Origin: a virus
Direction: 5' to 3' (one strand)
IMG/VR virus record: IMGVR_UViG_3300048599_000025
Length of the DNA: 39,137 bases
Shown here: in pieces, positions 1-6,716 of the stretch
How positions within the stretch are numbered: position 1 is the stretch's first letter
How the letters are laid out: every line of letters starts with the position of its first letter
Translations under genes and position numbers: made by a program
The notes under the pieces: generated by a model
The model's input: only the letters and a program-made list of their open reading frames with translations
Database searches by the model: none
Told to the model about the DNA's origin: nothing

Positions 1-127
1 CTCAAAAGACGGGGAAGCCCGTCGAATATCTTGAAAGCCGTCCCCGCCTGACCCCGGAGCAGGTGGAAACGCTCAAATGGCTAAAGAAGGGCGGGTATGT
101 TTGGTTGTGCAGGGCCAGCAGTGGTGA
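1..127. repeat. Terminal overlap, copy 1 (identical to 39011-39137)
   Basis: Compared base by base: ctcaaaagacggggaagccc...agggccagcagtggtga is present at both ends. Confidence 0.95.
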
Positions 128-299
128 AGCGAGCGTGTATGCATGCAAGGTGAAACCAAAGTTAGAGGATGGGCACTGGAGCGTAAGCATCATCACTGGA
201 ATCGCAAGCGGACCGAACGTGTTTGCGCTTGCTCCCCTCATCCCCGACTGGACCATCCCGCTTGACATCGACGCGACGCTGAAGGAGGCGGGGGTGTGA
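1..299 (+). CDS. C-terminal part of the junction-spanning CDS that starts at 38518
   Basis: The frame of 63..299 is the same frame as the ORF running off the window end once the 127-bp overlap is collapsed. Stop TGA at 297-299. Confidence 0.6.
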   Translation, partial: QKTGKPVEYLESRPRLTPEQVETLKWLKKGGYVWLCRASSGEASVYACKVKPKLEDGHWSVSIITGIASGPNVFALAPLIPDWTIPLDIDATLKEAGV

Positions 300-472
300 T
301 TAAACCACTTAGCCAGCAAGAGCTAAACGAGATAGTCGAAAGGGTCGACGCTGTAAAGCAAAAGAAAACATGGGCAATTGATGTCATACTTAAAAACGCC
401 GAAAAGGATTTACAACTCCTTTTGCGAGAGGTTTACAGATTGAGAGGGGAGGCCACCCCATGCAACAAATAA
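296..472 (+). CDS. Hypothetical small protein (58 aa, GTG start)
   Basis: Hand-translated: VIKPLSQQELNEIVERVDAVKQKKTWAIDVILKNAEKDLQLLLREVYRLRGEATPCNK. AGGAGG at 283-288 lies 7 nt upstream. The ORF fills an otherwise empty gap and overlaps both neighbours. Confidence 0.4.
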   Translation: MIKPLSQQELNEIVERVDAVKQKKTWAIDVILKNAEKDLQLLLREVYRLRGEATPCNK

Positions 473-951
473 AGTCCCTCATCCTGCGCCCCTCCGAAGT
501 CCGCGACCTGCTGGCGGGCAGGGCGGTGGTGAGGCGGGAGATGAAGCCGCAGCCACCGGAAGAAGATTTCGAAGGCCCGTACTGGTATCCGCCAACATGT
601 ATTGATAAAAACGGAGAGACTTATCCGGGTAAGGAAGTATACGGCCTTTCGGCATGGGACGGAGAATGGGGCATTGTTGCGCCCTACCACCCCGGCCAAG
701 TGGCGTATATCCGCGAAGCGTGGAAGGTTGACGCATCCAATCACGAAGGAGACACATTCGTTTACAAAGCAGACGGCGGCATTGAAAAATACCCGAACAA
801 TCTGCTTCTGTGGTTATCTCCCGCCACCATGCCCCGTGCCGCCTGCCGCCTGTGGGGCACGGTGGAGAGCGTCAGGCCGGAGCGCACGGATGCCGGGTGG
901 GAATGGGTGTATGAGGTTGCGAGGGCTGAGAGGCCGGAAGGGTGGGAGTAG
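460..951 (+). CDS. Hypothetical early protein, possibly with an ASCH/PUA-like fold
   Basis: 163 aa. The N-terminal KSLILRPSEVRDLLAGRAVVRREMKP resembles the first strand/helix of ASCH-type domains. GGGGAGG RBS upstream. Confidence 0.45.
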   Translation: MQQIKSLILRPSEVRDLLAGRAVVRREMKPQPPEEDFEGPYWYPPTCIDKNGETYPGKEVYGLSAWDGEWGIVAPYHPGQVAYIREAWKVDASNHEGDTFVYKADGGIEKYPNNLLLWLSPATMPRAACRLWGTVESVRPERTDAGWEWVYEVARAERPEGWE

Positions 952-953
952 GG

Positions 954-1175
954 ATGGCATGCGAACGGTGTAAGACGCCCAACTTTGGATATACGCACAT
1001 CGACCTCGACCCTGACGCGGGGAGTTGTGCGGGCGATTTTGGGGATTACTCAATCCGGAAAGATGCCGGGGAAATCGGAATACACGTCGGAATGGGCAGG
1101 GAAGAAGCAAACTTTTCATTAAAAGCCAACTTCTGCCCGAATTGCGGCGAACCGCTTAGAAAGGCCGGTGAATGA
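954..1175 (+). CDS. Small zinc-ribbon protein
   Basis: ATG 954 after GGGAG. CERC...CPNC cysteine pairs. Tight packing with neighbours. Confidence 0.5.
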   Translation: MACERCKTPNFGYTHIDLDPDAGSCAGDFGDYSIRKDAGEIGIHVGMGREEANFSLKANFCPNCGEPLRKAGE

Positions 1176-1425
1176 CATGCTGGACAAGATTCGGGAGGCG
1201 GCGGAAAAGGCCCTCGTGGTATTGGATATAGACAACATCGCAACACCTTACGTGGACAAGATCATCAAGCTTGTGGACGAGGCGAAGGCGGACGGGGCGT
1301 GCGAGATGATAATGCACGGTCCTTGGGAAGAGTGCCGCAAGTGCGGATTTACTTATGACGGTAGAGCGGTAACGGCGTTTTGCTGCCCCGGTTGCGGCCG
1401 GCGAATCGAAAGGAGTGGGGAATAA
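1168..1425 (+). CDS. Small zinc-ribbon protein
   Basis: 85 aa, CRKCG...CCPGCG. An alternative ATG lies at 1177. Confidence 0.55.
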   Translation: MNDMLDKIREAAEKALVVLDIDNIATPYVDKIIKLVDEAKADGACEMIMHGPWEECRKCGFTYDGRAVTAFCCPGCGRRIERSGE

Positions 1426-1641
1426 ATGCAACAAGAGTACACGGTGCGCATGACGCACCACATGCGGTCGGTGGTTACGGTATATGTTCCGGCTGGAGAC
1501 ATAGAGGCTGCAAAAGAGGCGGCGATAAGCGCGTCTTTTTGCGAAAAAGAATGTTGGGAAGAAGAGGATACTGATTATGACTACGTACAGGCCGGAACAG
1601 AAATGCCAGAGGATGACGAACGGCTGCTGTCTGACGGGTGA
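1426..1641 (+). CDS. Hypothetical acidic protein
   Basis: 71 aa. ATG abuts the upstream stop (TAAATG). Confidence 0.5.
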   Translation: MQQEYTVRMTHHMRSVVTVYVPAGDIEAAKEAAISASFCEKECWEEEDTDYDYVQAGTEMPEDDERLLSDG

Positions 1642-1655
1642 AAGGAGCGGGGAAG

Positions 1656-2009
1656 ATGGCTGAGATGGACAAGGCGAGGCTTGAGGCAGCAACGGACACC
1701 CAACAGCGGTTAAATCATTACTACCATCTGCGAGAGATTGAAACAAAGCTGGGCGTTTGCTTTCCGTTTAACGCCGAAAACATCCAAAAGATACTATGGG
1801 AGCGCACCGACCTTCTCTCCCACATCGCCGCGCTCGCCGACAAGCTGGAGGGGGCGGAGCGCTTCATGCAGGAAATGGCAGACGATCCAAACTGGTGCAG
1901 GGAATGTGAAAAGATGCCTTGCGCGACTGATAATCTGTGTTACGCGGGATGTTCTGGATTCAAATGGCGCGGCCCGGACCAAAGCGGACAGGGCGGGGAG
2001 GGAAAGTAG
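1656..2009 (+). CDS. Hypothetical protein
   Basis: ATG 1656 after AAAGGAGCGGGG. 117 aa with a Cys-containing C-terminus (CRECEKMPCATDNLCYAGC). Confidence 0.5.
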   Translation: MAEMDKARLEAATDTQQRLNHYYHLREIETKLGVCFPFNAENIQKILWERTDLLSHIAALADKLEGAERFMQEMADDPNWCRECEKMPCATDNLCYAGCSGFKWRGPDQSGQGGEGK

Positions 2010-2010
2010 C

Positions 2011-2202
2011 GTGGGCTGGAATCCAGAAAAGCGGATCTTCTGTAAGGGATGCGCGCATTATGAGTCGGAAGGTAGATATATTTACGAACTGGAGCGCGAT
2101 CCGAAAATGCGGGAGTGTAAGCATTCTGAAAGATGCATCCGCGTGGATAGGATATCGAAACAATCTATGCAGACAACGATGTTTACGAAGGGGGTGCGGT
2201 GA
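2011..2202 (+). CDS. Hypothetical Cys-containing protein (GTG start)
   Basis: In-frame GTG at 2011, right after the upstream stop. 63 aa: VGWNPEKRIFCKGCAHYESEG.... Confidence 0.35.
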   Translation: MGWNPEKRIFCKGCAHYESEGRYIYELERDPKMRECKHSERCIRVDRISKQSMQTTMFTKGVR

Positions 2203-2738
2203 TGGAAAGGCTGACATATACGAAGGAGCAAAAAGAGGCTTTGGGCATCGCGGTGGTTTGCTATCTAAGCCCAACGCTCACAAAACAGTTTGAGGAAAGA
2301 CTTTCAGCCTACGAGGACACCGCCCTCTCTCCTGCCGACATCGCCGCATTGCAGGCCGAGAACAAGCGGCTGACGGAGGAAAATGCATCGCTTGTAAAGC
2401 TTGTGGATTACGACACAAAGGCAATGACATCGACAGAAAAGGAAAACGCCGCGTGTTGGGCCGAGCTCGCCGCACTTAAGGGGCAGGTGGAGTGCGAGGA
2501 GCTAACCGAGCGCAGCACATGCACGATGACTTGCCAAGACGAGGATAGTTGCAATTGGCAATGCTCTTGCGGCAGCGAATGGACATATGAGGCGGGGAAC
2601 CCAATTGACAACAACGTTAAGTATTGCCATGAATGCGGAGCAAAGGTTGTGAGCGTAAAGGAGCGTCGTTACAACATCGAAACGGACGAATACGACGAAA
2701 TTGAGCTTATGCCAGACAGCGCGGCACTCAAGCCCTGA
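2202..2738 (+). CDS. Coiled-coil protein with a C-terminal zinc ribbon
   Basis: About 178 aa. Central heptad-like region (IAALQAENKRLTEENASLVKL), C-terminal CSCG...CHECG. TGATG overlap with the upstream gene. Confidence 0.55.
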   Translation: MERLTYTKEQKEALGIAVVCYLSPTLTKQFEERLSAYEDTALSPADIAALQAENKRLTEENASLVKLVDYDTKAMTSTEKENAACWAELAALKGQVECEELTERSTCTMTCQDEDSCNWQCSCGSEWTYEAGNPIDNNVKYCHECGAKVVSVKERRYNIETDEYDEIELMPDSAALKP

Positions 2739-2792
2739 CGCACCCGCACACCTGACGCACACCCGATGGCACCAAGGGAGGTTTTACGATAG

Positions 2793-3035
2793 ATGACGGT
2801 AAAAGAGCATCTTGCTATAGGCAACGCATTTGCAGAGGGACTTATGAAGGGGATTGCTGAACGCGATCCAGAGGCTTCATGCGCATTCCGCGAGATATAC
2901 CTTCGTGCAACTAAAGAAGCATATTGTGCCGGGGTAATTCAAATGTCAGACGATGAGTTTATGGAGTTCGCTAAAAAGCTCTGGCGCAAGAGGCCGGGAA
3001 ACGAATACATACACAAAAGGCGGGTGAGTAAATGA
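2793..3035 (+). CDS. Hypothetical protein
   Basis: 80 aa, AAGGGAGG RBS upstream. Confidence 0.5.
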   Translation: MTVKEHLAIGNAFAEGLMKGIAERDPEASCAFREIYLRATKEAYCAGVIQMSDDEFMEFAKKLWRKRPGNEYIHKRRVSK

Positions 3036-3472
3036 CAGCAAAAGAACTGCTCAAAGCGTGTCGATATGCAGTACAGGAAATCGCCGCCATACAGCGCCAG
3101 ATGGATGCAACTTGCTTTCCTGTATTCGGTGGATGCAAAGGGGTAATTATCACCGACATGCCGCACGGCACGAACGACCCGACAACGGCAGTCAGGCAGG
3201 CGCTGGATCACTACGAGGAACTTCTAGAGCAAGCCAAGCAGGAAAAGGCGGGGTTGCTGGAAGAGTTTGAACGCATGATGAAAACGGTGGATGACACATT
3301 CGCCCGCGTCATACTGCGGCACTATTACGGGGCGGGCCGTACCGACGAACAGATTGCCATAGAAATGGACAAGGCAAGAGAGACGGTCACAAGGCGCAGG
3401 AACGCGGCGGAAAACTTTTTGCAAAATACTTTTATACCGTCACAAAATGTCATAGCTAATCACAGAGTATAA
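3032..3472 (+). CDS. Late-gene transcriptional regulator (RinA/ArpU/DUF1492-like, sigma-70 region-4-type HTH)
   Basis: 146 aa. Has the ...ITDMPHGTNDP... segment and the C-terminal HTH RVILRHYYGAGRTDEQIAIEMDKARETVTRRRNAAENFL. It is the last early gene before the packaging/late module. Confidence 0.7.
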   Translation: MTAKELLKACRYAVQEIAAIQRQMDATCFPVFGGCKGVIITDMPHGTNDPTTAVRQALDHYEELLEQAKQEKAGLLEEFERMMKTVDDTFARVILRHYYGAGRTDEQIAIEMDKARETVTRRRNAAENFLQNTFIPSQNVIANHRV

Positions 3473-3490
3473 AGTTTATACTGTATCTAT

Positions 3491-3523
3491 AAAGGGCTAC
3501 CCAATGCGGGCGGCCCTTTTGTT
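3491..3523 (+). terminator. Putative intrinsic terminator after the late regulator
   Basis: AAAGGGC (3491-3497) pairs with GCCCTTT (3513-3519), with an inner CCC/GGG extension, followed by TTTTGTT. Confidence 0.45.
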
Positions 3524-3534
3524 ATAGGTGTGAA

Positions 3535-3772
3535 TGAGCGGCACGCCATCCCTGCCAGCGGGGAGTTAAAACAAACGCTGGAGTTGGCCTGATTAGGGCA
3601 GCGAAAACTATTCCCGCTCACGCCATCCCGCCGCGATTTATATCCCAGCGGCGGGGTTTGCGTTCGTACGCTGTCGCGCCATACAGCGTTCACCAAGCCA
3701 GCGTAGCTTAATTAGACAGAGCGCCGGGTTGATCGCCGGAGGATGCAGGATTAGGGCCTGCCGCTGGTTTTT
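3535..3772 (+). other. Hairpin-dense, repeat-containing non-coding element (candidate ncRNA, leader, or packaging/regulatory DNA site)
   Basis: Stems: GAGCGG/CCGCTC (3535/3614), CCAGCG/CGCTGG (3554/3575), CCCGCCGC/GCGGCGGG (3627/3648), ACGCTGT/ACAGCGT (3668/3683). Repeated words: CACGCCATCCC (3542, 3619) and GATTAGGGC (3591, 3749). No plausible ORF. Confidence 0.5.
3697..3768 (+). ncRNA. 72-nt tRNA-like cloverleaf (non-canonical; not called as a functional tRNA)
   Basis: Acceptor stem GCCAGCG/CGCTGGT, D-arm GCTT-AATTAGACA-GAGC, 4-bp CCGG/CCGG stem with the 8-nt loop GTTGATCG, 5-nt variable region, T-arm GCAGG-ATTAGGG-CCTGC, then TTTT. It lacks the D-loop GG and the T-loop TTC. Confidence 0.3.
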
Positions 3773-3891
3773 GCTTTGTAACTATTTCGGGGTGATGTGC
3801 GATATCCTCCTTTCGCGCATCGGGTGCGTCACATTTATGGTGTGGTGGGGCCGTGACGTGTTGATACAGGAGGGACGCAAGGAGGGCGTTG

Positions 3892-5274
3892 ATGCAAGAG
3901 AACAAATACCGGGCCGAAGCTGAACGCCTGACGCTTGACGAGGGTTTTTCGTGGCAAGAGGCGGCAGATGAATTGAACAGGCTTTACCCGGAAGAGAAAT
4001 TCACATACAACCGTGTCCGCGGCATCGTCCGAAAGGGTGACCGCTGGAAGGCTGGAGAACGCTCAAAGCGCAAGCCGAGCGAGAACAAGGCCAGGGAGCG
4101 CAAACCGGAAGAATGCCAGGGACACGGTGAGCGAGAGTATCCAAAAAGCGACAAGATCAACAAGGACGGCTCCCGAGAATCGTTCCGCATACTGGAGATT
4201 TACAAGAATCACATTTACACGCCGGACGAGCTGCTGAAGCTCCACGGCTTTGATCCCGCTGAAGAATGGGAGCTAATCGACGCCAAAAGCAACATCTGGA
4301 ACGGCACGACTGGCAAACAACGCAACAATGAGCTTGTGGAGTTGCGGCAAAGCACAGTCAGAGCAAAGCCAAAGAAGTCAGGCATCACTTTTTCCGACGT
4401 TGACCACTACTTTGACACAAAGCAATTTACCCGTAGCAAGCCAATTGTAAACCCGCTTCAGTACGACCCCAACGGCGAAGTGCTGGAGATAGATGCGCCG
4501 GACCTGCACAATGGACTATTATCGTGGGAGCCTGAAACGGGCGCAGATTACGATATCCACATTGCCAAAGAGCGTTTCTTACAGGTCATGTATGACATCA
4601 AGGAAAGGTGTGTCGACAAGAAGTACAAGAAGATTGCGTTTGCCACATTGGGCGATCTTCTTCATGTGGACAACGATGTACAGACCACCACCAAAGGCAC
4701 GCCGCAGCAGGTGGACGGCAGAATTGCAAAAATCTTTGATATCACATGCGATATGCTTATCGAGGGCATTGACATACTGGAGAGCATTGCGCCAGTTGAG
4801 GTCATATACCTTCCTGGTAACCATGACCGCGTTACGGGGTACATGCTGCTCAAGGCCATTTCTCTTGCGTACCGCTTTGACAAAAACATCACTTTTGACA
4901 CCACGCCAAACCCGCAAAAACACCGCTTGTGGGGCAAGGTGCTGGTTGGCCTTGTGCATGGCGATATAGCGAACAAAAATATGGGAACGTGGTTGCAGGA
5001 CAGGGCACGGAAAGATTACGGCCAAGCGCAGTTCGTAGAAGTTCACGCCGGACACATCCACACTGAGAAGCGCAAGGAGATATACACAATACGCCAGCAA
5101 GAGGACACAACCACAGAGGACATTGGCGGTATCGTGATACGGTATCTGCCAACCATCAGCAATTCATCGTATTGGGAGCACCTGCAAGGCTATCCTGCGG
5201 GGTGCAAGACGATGATGTGCTTTGTGTGGAATGAGCAGACAGGGCTTAGGGAGATGTGGTACAGCAATGTGTAA
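3892..5274 (+). CDS. HTH-like N-terminal domain fused to a calcineurin-type metallophosphoesterase (Mre11/SbcD-like superfamily)
   Basis: ATG 3892 (TTG 3889 is also in frame) after GGAGGG. Metallophosphoesterase motifs DLH, GDLLHVDN, GNHD, VHGD and GHIH. The N-terminal 60 aa are helical, followed by a basic linker. Confidence 0.7.
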   Translation: MQENKYRAEAERLTLDEGFSWQEAADELNRLYPEEKFTYNRVRGIVRKGDRWKAGERSKRKPSENKARERKPEECQGHGEREYPKSDKINKDGSRESFRILEIYKNHIYTPDELLKLHGFDPAEEWELIDAKSNIWNGTTGKQRNNELVELRQSTVRAKPKKSGITFSDVDHYFDTKQFTRSKPIVNPLQYDPNGEVLEIDAPDLHNGLLSWEPETGADYDIHIAKERFLQVMYDIKERCVDKKYKKIAFATLGDLLHVDNDVQTTTKGTPQQVDGRIAKIFDITCDMLIEGIDILESIAPVEVIYLPGNHDRVTGYMLLKAISLAYRFDKNITFDTTPNPQKHRLWGKVLVGLVHGDIANKNMGTWLQDRARKDYGQAQFVEVHAGHIHTEKRKEIYTIRQQEDTTTEDIGGIVIRYLPTISNSSYWEHLQGYPAGCKTMMCFVWNEQTGLREMWYSNV

Positions 5275-5488
5275 CACAATAAAGAACAAGCCAATTCAGG
5301 TAACAAAGTTTGGCGCGGTTGTTTGGTCAAACCAAGAAATGGACGAACTGCGAAAGACTGAATGCCTCTGTAAAAATTGCGCCAAGATGCGAAAATGCTT
5401 TACTGCAAGCAGACTATATGAAATCTGTGTATGTGAGGATATGGCCATGATGATAACGCGATGCAAGCAATATGAGGCGGTGATCTGA
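5267..5488 (+). CDS. Cys-rich hypothetical protein
   Basis: ATG 5267 overlaps the upstream stop (ATGTGTAA). 73 aa containing CLCKNC...CVCED...C. Confidence 0.45.
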   Translation: MCNTIKNKPIQVTKFGAVVWSNQEMDELRKTECLCKNCAKMRKCFTASRLYEICVCEDMAMMITRCKQYEAVI

Positions 5489-5727
5489 TGGAAGACAACA
5501 AACCCGACATGGTAAACCATCCGCCGCACTACTGCGATGGCGGCATAGAAACCGCCGACTTCATAGAGGCCAAGGCGCTGAACTGGCATAGGGGCAACGC
5601 GGTTAAGTACATCAGCAGGGCAGGCAAGAAGGGCAGCGCAACAGAGGCCGAGGACATACGCAAGGCCATCTGGTATCTGGAACGCGACCTAAAGAGGATG
5701 GAGCGCCATGAGCCTCAAGTCTTGTAA
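5488..5727 (+). CDS. DUF3310-family phage protein
   Basis: 79 aa with the hallmark VNHPPHY...GIE...GNAVKYISRAGKK...EDIRKAIWYLE. Confidence 0.7.
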   Translation: MEDNKPDMVNHPPHYCDGGIETADFIEAKALNWHRGNAVKYISRAGKKGSATEAEDIRKAIWYLERDLKRMERHEPQVL

Positions 5728-6106
5728 GTCCTGTGGGCGTATAGTAGACCGTCGTCACATATGCCCAAACAGGCCAAAGAATAAATACAACCGCACAGAT
5801 GCAGAGCAAGGCAGGTACACATACGCATGGCAGAAGAAGGCAAAGGAGATAAAGGAACGCAGCCTATTCATGTGTGCCGTGTGTAGAGACATGGGCATTG
5901 TGTCATGTGAACAGCTTGAGGTTCATCACATCATACCATTGGTTGAACAGCCTGACTTGCTGCTTGAGGATGACAACCTCATATGCTTGGATGAACAGCA
6001 CCACCAGCAGGCAGAGCGCGGCGAGATAAGCAGAGAGTATTTGTTCAAGTTGGCTAAAGAACGAGATAAAAACTATACAACATACCCCCCGGTGGGGCAG
6101 CGGTAG
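5708..6106 (+). CDS. HNH endonuclease (terminase-associated)
   Basis: 132 aa. CKSCG...CAVC plus HHIIPL...DDNLICLDEQHH. Located immediately upstream of terS, as in HK97-like cos phages. Confidence 0.85.
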   Translation: MSLKSCKSCGRIVDRRHICPNRPKNKYNRTDAEQGRYTYAWQKKAKEIKERSLFMCAVCRDMGIVSCEQLEVHHIIPLVEQPDLLLEDDNLICLDEQHHQQAERGEISREYLFKLAKERDKNYTTYPPVGQR

Positions 6107-6188
6107 ATATTTTAAAGGGGAACGAACCAACAGGGTAAATCTCCAACACGATATATTCCCCCATCAACTTTGACAAGGAGACTTTACA

Positions 6189-6716
6189 ATGCCAAACCCA
6201 AGAAAATCATCGGCAGTCATAGCCTCCGAAGGCAAAGCTCACAAGACAAAGGCCGAGCTTGCCGCAAGGCTTGAAGCCGAGCAATCCATGTCCACCGGCG
6301 TAAAGATGAAAGAGCGCAAAGAGGTAAAAGAAAACCCAGTTGCGCACCAAGAGTTTGAGCGCCTTTACAGTTTGCTTGAGAAAATAGGAAAGAACGATGC
6401 CATACATGAGCCGGTCATCAACCGCTATTGCATGCTGCAAGCTGAATGCCTGGACTTTGAGGTAAAGCGTGAGCAATTCAACGGCAGGCTGGAGGACATG
6501 GAAGACAGCGACATCGACAGCGACAAGAAGTACAAACTCATGGTGGAAATGCAGAAAACAATCATAGACCTCGACAAGCAGGTCCAGGCAAAAAGGAGAA
6601 TGCTGTTTGACATAGAGAGGGAAAACGCCATGACCATTGCGGCAGCATTGCGCAGCATCCCAAAGAAAGTGAATACGGATGAAAGTCAGTTGGCGGCTGC
6701 GCTGAGAGATGATTAA
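6189..6716 (+). CDS. terS: Terminase small subunit (P27-family-like)
   Basis: 175 aa with a basic N-terminus (PNPRKSSAVIASEGKAHKTKAE) and INRYCMLQAECLDFE. Overlaps the terL start. Confidence 0.75.
   Translation: MPNPRKSSAVIASEGKAHKTKAELAARLEAEQSMSTGVKMKERKEVKENPVAHQEFERLYSLLEKIGKNDAIHEPVINRYCMLQAECLDFEVKREQFNGRLEDMEDSDIDSDKKYKLMVEMQKTIIDLDKQVQAKRRMLFDIERENAMTIAAALRSIPKKVNTDESQLAAALRDD

Noticed and set aside
1-127. Terminal repeat considered as a genuine phage DTR or LTR-like element
   Set aside because: The exact length of 127 nt, the identical sequence, and an ORF reading through the junction fit an assembler overlap of a circular contig better than physical terminal redundancy. This cannot be fully excluded without reads.
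1156-1746. 196-aa - strand ORF spanning several small early genes
   Set aside because: The + strand alternatives are tightly coupled ORFs with RBSs and zinc-ribbon motifs. The - strand product is Arg/Pro/Leu-rich low complexity.
3729-3923. 64-aa + ORF (and - strand ORFs 3487..3696 and 3708..3905) inside the structured island
   Set aside because: Cys/Arg/Trp-rich implausible peptides with no RBS. The region is better explained by nested hairpins and repeats.
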